From assembly GCF_009914755.1 (NCBI RefSeq), contig NC_060929.1: a stretch of 64,000 nucleotides of DNA; one strand, given 5' to 3'. Of the stretch, positions 12,077-26,620 are shown piece by piece. Position 1 is the first letter of the stretch. Every line of letters starts with the position of its first letter. The translations under genes were made by a program, and so were the position numbers. The notes beneath the pieces are model-generated. The model searched no databases and was not told the origin of the DNA. It saw nothing but the letters and a program-made list of their open reading frames with translations. The DNA comes from the human T2T-CHM13v2.0 reference genome, Homo sapiens.

Positions 12077-14073
12077 TTTCAGAAGAAAGTAAAAGTAGAT
12101 GTATATGTTCAATTTGCCATATTTACCAGTAAATCTGTTAATGTTTTACTTGAATAATTTTCTGATTTTTCAGAGGAAAAGATACTTCAGATAACTGCTT
12201 TAGATAAAAACAAGCCAAAAACCCACCTGCCCTATGTTTTCTGGGATTTATATAAGAAAGTACATTCATTTTGTTTTTCATCAAAGCTTTGACTCAGGTC
12301 AGTAAGTTGATTAATCAATTTTAGAAAACAGTTCTTTTCTCTGGGAAGATTTAAAAAAAATTGTCAATAAATATATGGACTTTGAAAGAAGTAAATACCC
12401 TTTCATTGATAATTAATTTTTTGTGCTCACATAAAACCAGCAACTTCCACCTGCAAACAGATTATTTTGGAAGACTGTTGCCTGAAGCTGACATTTCTTT
12501 CTGTTAGCACTGGCTTCATTCCAATGTTGACAGCCTAGTCCGTCAAACTAGAAGAGCCTCTGACAAAAGTGCCGAAGAACCAACATTGTGTCTGTCTTAT
12601 TTTTTTTTTAGTACTTATTCACATAGAAAGTATCCAAGACAAAATTCAAGCTAATTTGTAGATGTGAACAAATGTTCATAATGTAAGGCATTATTCCCTA
12701 AAAATAATTGTATTTGGCAAGTTCAAAGTTGAGAACATCATCAAAAAGATGATCACAACTGCTATTGAAAAATGTATGTCTCTAGGAGCATTTCAAACAT
12801 CTGTTGAATTTTCCCAATATTCCTAACCTTGGTAGAGATGACTCTGCAATATTTGTTTATGTTTTTGTTTGAAGAACTCTTAGGAAATTCACCTCCCTGA
12901 GCAAAGAGTCCCAATATTATATTTGAGGGACATGCTCCAAGTCATAAATCTCCTATGTCTCTGTGTAATGTCACTTCCTTCCGAGAGGCCTTTCCTGCCC
13001 ATCCTATCCAAAATAGTTCCTGGCCTGAAGCCTACAATTCTCTCTTTTGCTTCCTTTATAACACGTATCTGAAATTATGTTGCCTATCATTTGACTCCCT
13101 TTAACTGTCTAGATACCCCCTACCAGAGGTAAACTCCACAAAGGCAAGGGCGTTGTTTGTCCTGCTTTCTCTGCACCCCAGCTCCAGTACCGTAGTCTTT
13201 ACATTTCTTCAGCCTGACTGCTTCCCCAGCTGTTCATATTAATTGCTCCTTCACATTCTTCCTGCCCCAGTTCACCTTCTCAGAGAGACCTCTTTAACCA
13301 CAGTGTCCAAAGTCTAATGACTATCTATTTCCTTCAGGACCTTCAGTTGCAAGAGATCAAAGGTGACTTCAGTTGGTTAAGCAGAAAGAGAGTAATAAAA
13401 AGATGTTTTGTGGTTTACAGAATTGTTGAGAGGGCTGGAGAGCTAGGCTTGGGCTCAGCTTCCAGAACAGCATCTAAAGCTATATTGCAGAAGCAGAATT
13501 TATCTGATGAAGGAGTAATTCTGGCTACCAAAGGCAAGTTGGCTGTTTTGTGCCCTATATTATCTTGTAGCCCCAGCTACTATTACAGGAGGGAGGGAGA
13601 TAGAGAGTGAGAAGGAGATAGTGGGAAAGAGTGCTGGAGGAAGGGAAAGAAAGAGGAAGGGAGGGAGGGAGAAAGAGAAATTACCTGAACTATCCTTCCC
13701 TTTTGCATCAGTAGCCTCTAATTTAAATTCTAGCATGGCTGTATTATTAGTGGAGCCTAAGTAAAATGCCTGTCTCTAGCTGGAAAAAAGATACATAAAT
13801 AACTCCTATGGGGGAGCTAATCTTTGCCTAACACCAAAATTCGTGCATTGGAGCATTCTTAAAGCATTAAAAAGTTGACAGATGAGTCCATTATAGTCCC
13901 ATTCACATCACTTCATTCATTTCCTTCCTACCTCTTATTAGAATATTTAAATGCCCTGTTATTTATATTTATTTTTATTTTCACTAGAATACAAGCACAA
14001 AGAGGATGGGAACTTTATTAGTTTCCTATTGGCTGTTGTGAGAAGTTACCACAAATTGAGTACCTTGAAATAA

Positions 14074-14586
<513 letters not shown>

Positions 14587-14690
14587 TGAAAAAGGTTCAG
14601 ATTTTAAGGACTCATACGATTAGATTAGGCCCACCTAATCCACGATAATTTTCCCATCTCAAAGTCCATACCCTCACATCTGCAAAGCCT

Positions 14691-15026
14691 TTATTTTATT
14701 TTATTTTATTTTATTTTATTTTATTTTATTTTATTTTATTTTTTGAGACAGAGTCTCACTCTTTTGCTCAGGCTGGAGTGCAGTGGCGCAATCTAGGCTC
14801 ACTGCAAGCTCCCTGTCCTGGGTTCAAGCAATTCTTGTGACTCAGCCTCACAAGTAGCTAGAATTACAGGCATGCCCCACCATGCACGGCTAATTTTAGT
14901 ATTTTTATTAGAGACGGGGTTTTGCCATATTGGTCATGCTGGTTTCAAACTCCTGGCCTCGAGTGATCCGCCAACCTCAACCTCCGAAAATACTGGGATT
15001 ACAGGTGTGAGCCACCGCGCCCAGCC
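14691..15026 (-). mobile_element. Alu (AluS-like) with (TTTTA)n tail
   Basis: Reverse Alu dimer; (TTTTA)n array at about 14691-14744. Confidence 0.95.
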
Positions 15027-15029
15027 TAC

Positions 15030-15144
15030 TTTTATTTTTAAAGACAGGGGTCTTTCTATGTTGTCCAGGTTTGTCTCAAACTCCTGAACTCAAGTGATCC
15101 TTTCACCTCAACTGGGACTACAAGTGTGTGCCACTGTGGCCAGC
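15030..15144 (-). mobile_element. Alu monomer (FLAM-like)
   Basis: AGACAGGGGTCTTTCTATGTTGTCCAGG...CTCAAGTGATCC...GCCACTGTGGCCAGC. Confidence 0.8.
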
Positions 15145-15445
15145 TAAAGACTCTGGCCATTTAAGGTAACTATTCTCAGGTTCTGAGAGAATAGTGCACA
15201 GACATCTTCAGGAGTCAGGATTCTGCCTACCACTGTAACCTTTTCTGTCTTCACTGTTTTATCCCCATTCTCAAATGATGCCTGCCACACACTCAATAAA
15301 TACTGATGGGATGAAGGAACCTAGATAATAGCAAAGTTGCATCAGCTTCTCTGTGCTCTCTGTGCCTTACACTCAGTCGGACTTCTCTGGGGCCAAGTCT
15401 GGTAGTAGAGGGGGATGTTTAAAAGGCAAAATTCTATTAACAGCT

Positions 15446-15788
15446 TGTTGGGAGAAAAGATGACTGTTGGGAGAGAAGCTGAGGCAGGGCTTGCATGTCT
15501 GCTAGACTTGCTGGTTCCTTGCTTCTAGCACTCCTGTTATCTCAAGCAGCCATATGTTTCTCATTCACTTGATACACTGTTTCCTTTCAACCCCCACGTC
15601 CTGACCACCTGTTTGTTTGAGCACCAGTAAATAGCGTGGGCTCCCAGAGCTTGGGGCCTTTGCAGCCTTCACACTTGTGATGGCCCCCTGGTCCCACTTT
15701 CTCTCTCAAACTGTGTTTTTCTCAATCCTTTGATTCTGCTGGACTTCTTCACCCCCACGACCTGGTGTTGGGTCTGATCACCCCAACA
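15446..15788 (+). mobile_element. Solo ERVK LTR (LTR14A-like, HERV-K14/HML-1)
   Basis: TGTTGGGAGAAAAG...TGTTGGGAGAGAAGCTGAGGCAGGGC...GGGTCTGATCACCCCAACA, 343 bp; 6-bp TSD ACAGCT/ACAGCC. Confidence 0.8.
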
Positions 15789-16227
15789 ACAGCCCATATG
15801 GGGGATGGCTGGCAGGGATGCTTCACCCAGAATCATTTTGACCTGGAATGCTGGGTCTCATATTTTCTACTTGTCCTGGCCATCCAAGCCCATATCATTG
15901 GCAGGCAGATGTAGATCATAGAAAAATCCTTGGAAACTTGGGGGTCCCAGTAATGAATGGGAATCTGAGACAGACCAATCACACTCTTACAAACCAATTC
16001 AAGGTACTCTGAATTCAACTAAACCATGGCACTGTGACTGCTCAGACAACTGAACATGTGTATTCAGTATATTCCCCAACAAAACCCTGTAAAACATCCT
16101 CGTGCATGTGCCGAAGTGTGTGGGTGGACTGAGACCACACAATTATCATGGCATCTCTTCCCAGAAAGTCAATTTGAATACTAGCAAGTATTTTAAAGGG
16201 CATTGCTTAAATGTAAGACAAACATGA

Positions 16228-16537
16228 GGTCAGGTGCAGTGGCTCATGTCTGTAATCCTAGCACCTGGGGAGGCTGAGGTTTATGGATCACTCAAGGCCA
16301 GGAGTTCAAGACCAGCCTGGACAACATGGAGAAACCTTGTCTGTACAATAAATACAAAAAAAAATTAACCTGGCATGGTGGTGAGTGCCTGTAGTCCCAG
16401 CTACTTGGGAGGCTGAGGTGGGAGGATGCTTGAGCTGGGAGGTTGAGGCTGCAGTGATTCCTAATGGCACCACTGCACTCCAGCCTGGGCGACAGAGCGA
16501 GACCCTGTCTGAAAACAAAAATGAAAACAATAAAAAA
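16228..16537 (+). mobile_element. Alu (AluJ-like)
   Basis: Alu dimer with A tail; TSD AAACATGA. Confidence 0.95.
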
Positions 16538-16792
16538 CATGAACCTGTTATGGGGTAGTATATAATAATTGCTTAAATTTTTAAGGAAAACAACCACAAG
16601 ATTTTAAAGGCATTTCAAACTTCCTGCCTTGACTTACCCTCAACAGTTCTCTTGTTCCCTACCATCACTGGTATAATTCTGTTGTTGGAGTTTTGCCACT
16701 CAAAACTTTCTCCTGTACTACCAGTTAGGGATGCTTTGGTAGAAAATGTTTTTTAAAAAAACTGTTCTAAACCTACCTAAAATATCAGCTAT

Positions 16793-16863
16793 CTGGCTCA
16801 TGATATGGTCTGATATAGAACAGACAGAAAGACTGTCCTATGTCAGACCATATCATGAGCCAG
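16793..16863. repeat. 31-bp inverted repeat (29/31 match) with 9-nt loop
   Basis: CTGGCTCATGATATGGTCTGATATAGAACAG versus the reverse complement of CTGTCCTATGTCAGACCATATCATGAGCCAG. Confidence 0.95.
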
Positions 16864-16985
16864 TACATATAGGAACATATAACAGTCTTTCTATCTTTCT
16901 GGGGCTAGAATGATCACTCATGAAAGATTACTAAGAAGTGATATTTTGCAGACCTTATTCAAGGTTGATAAAATCCAAATTCTTG

Positions 16986-17836
<851 letters not shown>

Positions 17837-17972
17837 CTGCAGCCAATTGAGTTGACCGAGCTCTTTTCCTCCTGGGGGCCTGGTGTGCAATGGCTGCAAA
17901 CAGCAGATTCCTTGGTAGTGTATGCAGCCTGCTTCTTGTATGGGTTGCCTCTAAGGGACCTTGAAGGCAGCC
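17837..17972 (+). ncRNA. SNORA70: Retrocopy of H/ACA snoRNA SNORA70 (U70), probably non-functional (ACA box reads GCA)
   Basis: CTGCAGCCAATT...ATGGCTGCA closes the 5' hairpin; H box ACAGCA 17900-17905; TTCCTTGGTAGTGTATGCAGCCTG...TGTATGGGTTGC...TAAGGGACCTTG matches my recollection of SNORA70; it is followed by the host RPL10 intron end and exons. Confidence 0.88.
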
Positions 17973-18392
17973 CTTTCCAGTGTATGTTCATGTCTCTGAC
18001 CTTATGCTGTCCCAGTGTAGGCTGTAGAGAGGTGTGCAAGCTGCCTTTGGAAAGTTTCAGAGTATCATAGCCTGGGTTCATATTGGCCAAGTCATCAGGT
18101 CCATCTGCACCAAGCAGAACAAGGAGCATGTGATTGAGGCCCTACACAGTGCCAAGTTCAAGTTCCTGGCTGCCAGAAGATCCACATCTCAAAGAAGTGG
18201 TGCTTTATCAAGTTCAATTTGAATGAAGTTGGAGACATGGTGGCTGAGAAGTAGCTCATCCCAGATGACTGTGGAGTCAAATACATCCCCAATTGTGACC
18301 CTCTGGACAAATGACAAGCTCTGTACTCATGAAGTCTTCCACTGTGTGGCCATCTCCTAATGCCAACCAATAAATCCTATCCATAAAAAAAA
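17973..18392 (+). pseudogene. RPL10: Partial RPL10 (uL16) retrocopy: retained intron 3' end, last two exons spliced, 3' UTR and poly(A)
   Basis: Intron remnant ends in TAG at 18018-18020; AFGK...[26 protein letters not shown] then IHISKKW; stop TGA 18330-18332; AATAAA 18369-18374; A run 18385-18392. Confidence 0.93.
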
Positions 18393-19395
18393 GAGTTCTA
18401 TTTGTGGGGAAAAAAAATCCAAATTCTTTAATAAGGTTTCTAACTTCACAGATTCCTGAGTCAATGAATTTGACACCAAGATCCTTATGCAATAAGAAAG
18501 CAATGTTTCCTTGGTCACTCTTCTCCTACCTTTCTCTAGACACCCAAACCCCTAAGGTAACCATGAGCTTTTAATGGTGGCATCATTCCATGGAATTCTC
18601 AGGTCTCTAATCTAGTTCCGGACAGTAAATGAGTACTCGATATTTGTTGGCATTGCATTCTGGGACACCCTCCCCACATTCTTCATGTTCTAAAATGACC
18701 TTTCGCTTTTTTATTGTTCTTTCTCTGTTTTCTGCCCTGCAACCTCACCATGAACAATAAAACTGAGCTGTCACTAACTAATATCCTCCCATAACAGAGA
18801 GCCAAGAAAATTGATTATTCATTTAAAGTAATTCTTACTAAAATATGAATGGCCAGAAAGTATATTAGCTTATATTTTGAAAGTAGAAAAGATATTCAAA
18901 TTATTTCATTCAATATGGTAGGAATTACATCTGTTTTGTTCCTTCTCAGATCTCTAATCCAGTGCCTGACAGGAAATGAATACTTGATATTTGTTGGTTG
19001 ACTCGGAGAATATTTGGAGATGGTAGCTTTGAGTAAGGAAGGTATCTTAGTAGTCAAGTTTTTCTTTCACTGCCTATGTTTTTACTTATTTTGGCAGACA
19101 TACAAATAAGGCCAATAGTTTTGTAGTGTTGATTGTTTTCACTACTTATAGCTAAAGATTTCCCTCATCTATGTTGTTGCATAATTTTAAATATATGTTA
19201 GGGTTTTGCTTTTTGGGGGAATGAATGTTTTGACTTAGAAATTTCTCTTCCTGCAAAAGATGTTTTAAAATTTTTCTTCTAGACCTGTTTGGACATACCC
19301 TAATAAAAGAATAAGCTCACAAGTGGAGAATTCTAATGCAATTCTCTATAGCATTTAACACATGGCAAGTGATCAATAAACACTGGCTGAAATAA

Positions 19396-19697
<302 letters not shown>

Positions 19698-20614
19698 TGA
19701 AATGAATTTGAAAGGCAATGTGGTAAGATCCAGAGCCTAAAATAAAACTCCAGGTTCTCAATCCAGACTCAGCCAATTGTGTGATCGAGTTCAAGTCATT
19801 TAACTACTTTGATGAGTGGTTTTCTCCCATTATTTCCGCATCCTGCTCCAAGCCCACTAACCTGTGAGGCTTAAGATCTTCAATTAAAGTTGTACTAAAT
19901 TGTTTTTCAAGAAGATAAAAATGTCAACAATGGTACAAATTATACAGGCTATAATTGTTACACTTCCAGAAGGAGATTTAAGATGCAATACATAAAATAT
20001 CAGCTACGTGGTTGCAATGAGCAATGATAGAATTTAATTTTGTTATATTTTCTGATGAGCTCATCCATGTTCTAGGTAAAAGCTAGACACAGAAAATAAC
20101 ATGGCCTCATGCTTAAGGGGAAATGTGTAATAGTGCCCACTGGGGAAATGGAACAATCAAGACGTGGCTCTAACAGTGACCTTGCTTGCCAGGCCTTTCC
20201 TGCCCACGTTCTCCTTCCTTTGGTCATCTTCTTCTTCTGGGGGTATACTTTCACTGGCAAGGAGTATAAAAAGCTATTACAAAAAGAAACCGGTAAAGTA
20301 ATAAAATACTGACCCAGTGGGCAAGGGAATGAATTCTATCACTACAGAATGGTGTGTGGGAAAATATGTACAGGCAGGAGATGAATAAAAAGAGGCACTG
20401 TGCCTGTTACGAACTTGAACAGGAATTTTTAAAAACCCTATCATCTCACTTTTTCCCTGCTTTATTTTTCTGAATATACCTGACAGCTCAGAATTCCTCA
20501 GTGACTCTTTTTAAAAATTTCACATATTTTTGGTTCATCTTTTTTCCCTCCCTTTCGCAGTTTTTAAGCTCTCATCCTAACTTAAAAAATAAAAATTAAA
20601 AATAAAAAAGAATC

Positions 20615-20725
20615 ACAGGGCTGGAGCTGGCATGTAACTCTTTGTCAGAGGATCCTCAACTTCTCTGCATTTGTGTCTCTTTATCTGTATAGTGGGCATA
20701 ATAATACCTGTCTCAACTATGAAAC
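20615..20725 (+). mobile_element. MIR fragment
   Basis: CTTCTCTGCATTTGTGTCTCTTTATCTGTATAGTGGGCATAATAATACCT core. Confidence 0.55.
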
Positions 20726-22619
20726 AAGAACATGTGGCTAGCAAGTGGGAGGACATGGGCAAAAATTAACCTCTTCAGTGGCGTCATCACTATCTCTCCT
20801 CTCAAATCTCTCCTCAACTAGGTATAAGACTAGTTGCATGCCTCCAGGGCCCATGTCTTTTCATACTTTTCTATGGCCACATCCTCTTACTTGCCCACCC
20901 TGTAAATATTATTTTGTCTGTGCTGCCATCCCATTTTATTTTTTCTGTTTCTCTCCTGTTTTTAGTTCAAATGAACTAATAGCTTGTCAGTATTTACAGT
21001 CTATTTATCAATAACTTTTTAAAGCCACGTATAATTCCATTCCTGTGTGAAATTAAAATGGCTATTCTAATTCTTTCTTAAATTGGAACCATGTGAAATT
21101 TTCTTTAAAACCTATTAATCATATTTACATCATATTTTTTAAAATTAAGCTTTCTTATTAATCACATTTACAAATAGGAAAACTTGATTTTAATGTTCTT
21201 ATATATTCACTATAGTTACTGATTTCCTCTTTGCTCTAACTGCCCTCTTTTGAAATTGCCCCTAAAAAAACACCTTTAGTGTTTATACACATAGAGTAGG
21301 ATAAGTAGAACCAATTCCCCAAACTCCTAAAAATTTCTGTAGGAAACATATTTCCTTCACACTGTCCACACCAACTCAGTACTATGAAAACATTTTTTTC
21401 CTTTCATCTCTACAATGTGAAGAAAAAATAAAAATTAAAAGTTTGGTTCCCACATTACTTCAAGAATATAATTTTTTCTGTTAGATAAGGATCCCAAAAT
21501 ACTTCCTACAACATAGCCCCTACTGTTCCTTGTTTAGTCCAGACTATTGTTTTAAAGAAAGCAAATTAAACAAAGCTATTGGTGACAATGGACTGGAGTT
21601 CTCTGATGCAAAATTATAGATCTCAGGAGATATTTCAAATATGTCTTACCTAGTTGCTATTTATCATCAAACATACCCAAATGTTTGTAGTGTGTGAATA
21701 TTTTAAAACAAACCTAGCATAGTGTCTGAGTACAGAGTTAAGTCAATAGTTTGGAAACATCCGTTTGTTTCTTTATATGCATTTAGCTACTGCTATACCT
21801 TTTTCAATGAATGAAGCAGACCTGAGCACACACAATAAAAGAAAGCAAAAATTACCAGGTTTGGACTTCACTTCACAGCTGGAAAGATTCTGTTGAGGCT
21901 GCCAGCAGGGGATCTTGCGTATTAATACCCTACCTGGAAGAGCTGACATGTTGGAAATGAGATTAACACCTTCCTGTTTTTACATTAACTAAGGCTAAAG
22001 TGTCATTTGCCTTATTGGGAGAAAAAAATTTAATACTGAGATGATGGGGTTGCAAACAAGGTATGGTTTTAAGAAAATGTTAAACTATGAGGTAGGGTTT
22101 TTGTGGTGGTGGTGGTGATCCTTTGAAGATAAATACCTGTACAAATAAAAGCCAAAACTATCAGGACAACTCAAAAGCTGAACATAAACACATGTAGCAC
22201 AACAACTCCTTTTCAGGCCAATGCTAATTGATACGGTAAATAACTTGTCAGACTGCTTAAAAAATAAAAATAAATGAATACACTATGTCAAAGAGTACTG
22301 ATGCTTAGGTATTTGTTGCCAATTCCAGACTAGCCAAGAAACAGAAGAGCTAATATAAATGATTTATTCATTCAGATATAAGATAGCACTTTTTAATTCT
22401 CTCACTTCACAATTCATCTAGTTACATATTTACTAAAGACGAGCATTTAGATGAAAAAATATTAAAAATTCTAATGTGAGGAAGCCTCAAAATCATTGTC
22501 ATGTATAAGTGGGAATGAGTTGGGAGAAGCAGGCCAGGAGTAGCTTGACATCTCCCTCATCCAGACATGCTCAAAACAGGTACTGGTGGCCTTTTCTCAG
22601 GCTCAGAAGGCTGAGCTAT

Positions 22620-22965
22620 CATCCATACGTATGTCATCTTCAGTTGATAGAGTCGCTCTGCTGTGCCAGGTCCTCTTGTAGGAGTGATAGAGAAACCAGA
22701 AAGGACAGATATGTTCTTTGTGCTCCAGGCCTCCTGGTCTGGGTGCAGACAGACATCAACAGTGGCTAGAATACAAAACTAACTCCAGTGGGTGAGAGAG
22801 GAAAGACATAAACATCCTCACTAGGAGCCCTGCGGGAGAGAGAACAACTCTTCTGGGAGGATCTGGGAAAATTTCCTAGAAGAGATGTGGTGTAAGTTGG
22901 ATCCCACAGAATGGGTAGGGTTTTAACAGATGGGAAGGAAAAATGGTGGAGAGGACTTTCTAGGG
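22620..22965 (-). mobile_element. L2 LINE fragment
   Basis: TGTGCCAGG...GGAGGATCTGGGAAAATTTCCTAGAAGAGATG...GAATGGGTAGGGTTTTAACAG pattern. Confidence 0.55.
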
Positions 22966-23080
22966 AGAATGGACCAATTCATCATATTTTGACACCACAA
23001 TCACATAGAGAATTATGGTGAAATAGACACCCAAAATATATCAGTGAAAAATATGTTGTTATGGAGATTATAGTCAGTAA

Positions 23081-23390
<310 letters not shown>

Positions 23391-25640
23391 AGTAATCTAC
23401 TTTTAAAAAAAACTATACATGTATACTGAATATACAAGTGATAAGAAAGAGGAATAAAATCGGCCTTTATTCTGCTTGCTAAATGTCTACTATTCAAGTT
23501 TTAAGAATTACACACACTGGTAGCTATTGTTTCTATTCATTTCAGAGCTTCTAATTGCTGCTATGGGGTCTCAATGAGAAAGAAGGGAAGTGGGGAGGAG
23601 GCAATGAAAATGCATGAGATTTTCAGGAATGCCAACAATGTGAAGTTGGAATCCTACTCTAACTACTTTCATTCATTCTTCCAAAGGTGACGGTGGTCTG
23701 TTGTGTTCAAAAGGAGCTGGAAGAGGAAAAGCAGTTTTAAGATAGCCCAAGGGACGGCAACTTAATGCCTCCCTAAGGAGAAACCACATGGGCTGTGCTG
23801 GTGGAGAGGATAATAATAGCAATAATAAAAATAAAAAAGAGTGTAGAGGTGGGGTGGCAAGGGTGGGGAAGGAGTCCTGATAACTTGGAATGAGGTGGGA
23901 GGAAGAGGTGGAGGTAACCTTTGCAGGTGTTTAAGGAGGATTTGTAAGGGATGCAAAAATAAGGACAACTGAAGCTGTGAGGCGGGATACAGGAACATAT
24001 CCAGTGAGCTCCCAGGAATAATGGAGAGCACACATTGCATCATCAGGATCACTGAGACCCGAATCCTCTGGGGAAGTCATGTCTTTTTTGTACTAGATGT
24101 TTTGAAGCTTGAGCTGGGGCGGGGGGTGAGGCGGGGAGAGTGAAAGAGGAGGGGAAAATCACTGGGAAAAATTAAGCAGTCTGAAAGGAGGGTAAGATTA
24201 TGAAGATAAATGTTTACATCTCTGCTGCATTGTATCTCTTGAAATGAAACTGTTTTTGAATAGTGCTGCATCTGTACTGTAAGAACGTGGGCATTGTGAA
24301 CAAATTGACTGCCTCAGATGATTTGACACATTTTGATTTCTGCTTAGGAAAATATCTGTTAATCCTATTAGATAGAGTAGGAGAGGGTCCTGAGCAGGAA
24401 TGCAAAAGATCAAATCCTTCCCCATCTTGTGCACACTCTCCCAATGCCAAGGTATTAAAGTCTCAGCTATTTCCAAAGACCCGGTGCCTCATCCCTGACC
24501 TGCTTGGCATTACATCAAAATCCATTCTTCTCCACCTTCCCATCCTTGCCTGGCAATAGCTAAAATCATGACAAAAGTGGATGGCTGCCCTCTTTCTCTG
24601 GCAAGCTAAAGCAGAAAAGCGATCTTATTTTATGCTTTCCTCTTCACGTAATTTTGCTTCCTTTCTTCCATCCTTCTTCCTATTCTTTTCTTCCTTCTCC
24701 CTCTCTCCCTTTTTTTTTTTTTTTTTTTTTTTTGTCTTCTTTATGTGGTTTGCTGTTTGCTAATATCCAACTCCAGACCATTCTTTGTGTTTGGCAAAGG
24801 AAGCAGTTTTATTGTTTGGTAACTCCAGGGGGGATATAGTGTCTATGATGTTGTCTAGGCCAAACCTCCCCCAGGAAGGTTAACTACCTCTACCCTACTC
24901 TCAAAAGGGAAAGGATGGCAACCACACACTTGAACACCAGCCATTCTCTTTTGTGAGAAAGTGGATCTGTTCCTGCCCAGAAGTACTTTTTCTTTCCACA
25001 GTGGTGTAACTCAATGTTGCAATGCAATTAATTTACTGAGATCAGGACAAGTTATCTGGAATCTGAATCTATAGAGTGCACATTAGGAATAAGGGCAACA
25101 GAAGACAATTTTTTTTCCTAACGACTTTCTGAGAAAAGGTTCTTCTTGGAGCAACACCCAAGTCTGATCAAAGAGTCTGTTCATCTGTCTCAAGAGCCAA
25201 CGCTGAAGCCCAGCATGGAGCTAAAAATATGCACTCACAGTCCTAGAAAATTGTATTCATTAAACTCTACCTACAGGTCCTCACCCAGAATCTGCTCTAT
25301 GCCAAAGCAGCGTGCTGCTGTTAATCCTCCTTTATAGATTAGGCAGTAAAATAAAGAGGGTGGGGCTGAAATGCAGGGGAAGTCTGCACACGTGTTTGGA
25401 AAAGAAGAAAAGGAAAAGCACAGGGAATTCTTGTTCTCTCCTTCATGTTCCGAGTTGCCAGGGTTGTCCAGACACCACCGAGAGACACAGGGCTTTTTAG
25501 CGTTCACTGTATTTTCACTTCCACCGGGTAAGTGCTACATGTAAAATGGAAATTTAGAGACAAGATCAAATAAATGCCTTTCAAACTGTGGCACACTGTT
25601 ATTTTTGGATCCCCTCCTTCTTTGTGTGTTAAGAAGGGAA

Positions 25641-25875
25641 TAATAATAATCATAGCTGACATTGAGCACTTACTATGTGCCAAGCACTGTGGTAAGTTGT
25701 TATTTACATAATCTCATTTCATTCTTCAAGATCTCTGAGCTAGGTGCTTGTGTTGCCACCATTTTGCAGATGATGACATTACAGTTTAGAAAGGCAAAGT
25801 AACTTGAGCAAGTAAGTGGCAAAGCTGGGATTTGAACCCCAAGCTTCCAAAGCCTTGCTCTTAACGTCTATGCCA
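25641..25875 (-). mobile_element. MIR, near full length
   Basis: ATTGAGCACTTACTATGTGCCAAGCACTGT...CCATTTTGCAGATGA...AAGTGGCAAAGCTGGGATTTGAACCC. Confidence 0.85.
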
Positions 25876-26259
25876 CAAATATGCCATATCTAAATACTTC
25901 CCTTAAAAGTATGTTTTTTGGTTTTCATTTATGATTTTCGTGACTGCTCCTTAATAACAGTTCCACTATTATCTTAATGTTTACCATCTTCTGCAATCAA
26001 GTGATAGGGTTCCTTGGAAGCCGGAAGTGTGTTCTTCCTCACCCTTGTATCCCCTGCAGCTCTTAAAGCAAAGTATCTTGCACAGAATAGGAGCTAAATA
26101 ATTATTTGTTGAAATGCACTTTACATTATCTCTGTATCTAAATAAAACCCATCTAAACAAGTCCACTTCCCAAACATTGGGGTTTTCCTCCTCTTTGTAG
26201 CCATCCCTTTCTTCTTGTTTTGTTTTCGAAAGGTTGATTTTGAACTGGAGGGACATTGC

Positions 26260-26620
26260 AGTTGTCTTCTCACTTAGCGGGATTTGAAAGTGAGAGTCTG
26301 TGTAGTGTTTTAGCCTGCCCTCAGCAATCAGGCCTCACACTCGCGAGGCTCTGATTGTAGGAGTTGCCTTATTTGCATTGATGAGGATGAGCCAGCTGCT
26401 AGAGCATACAGAACTGCACCTGACACAATCACCGAGTTCAGGATTAGCACGGGGAATCAGGAATCCACTGCGCTGGCTGCGTGGCAATCTCAGCCCTACA
26501 TTAGAGTCACTCATGCAAAATGACCCAAATTTGCAATGAGCACAATTAGCAATCCAAAGATGCATGTTAATTTGGGTGCCTGATATTTTCTTACATTTCC
26601 CTAAATTAAAAATAATAAAT
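26260..26620. promoter_or_regulatory. Candidate enhancer with POU/homeodomain-type motifs
   Basis: Octamer ATTTGCAT at 26371-26378, plus ATGCAAAA, CAATTAGC and ATGCATGTTAAT in unique, repeat-free sequence; inference only. Confidence 0.35.
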
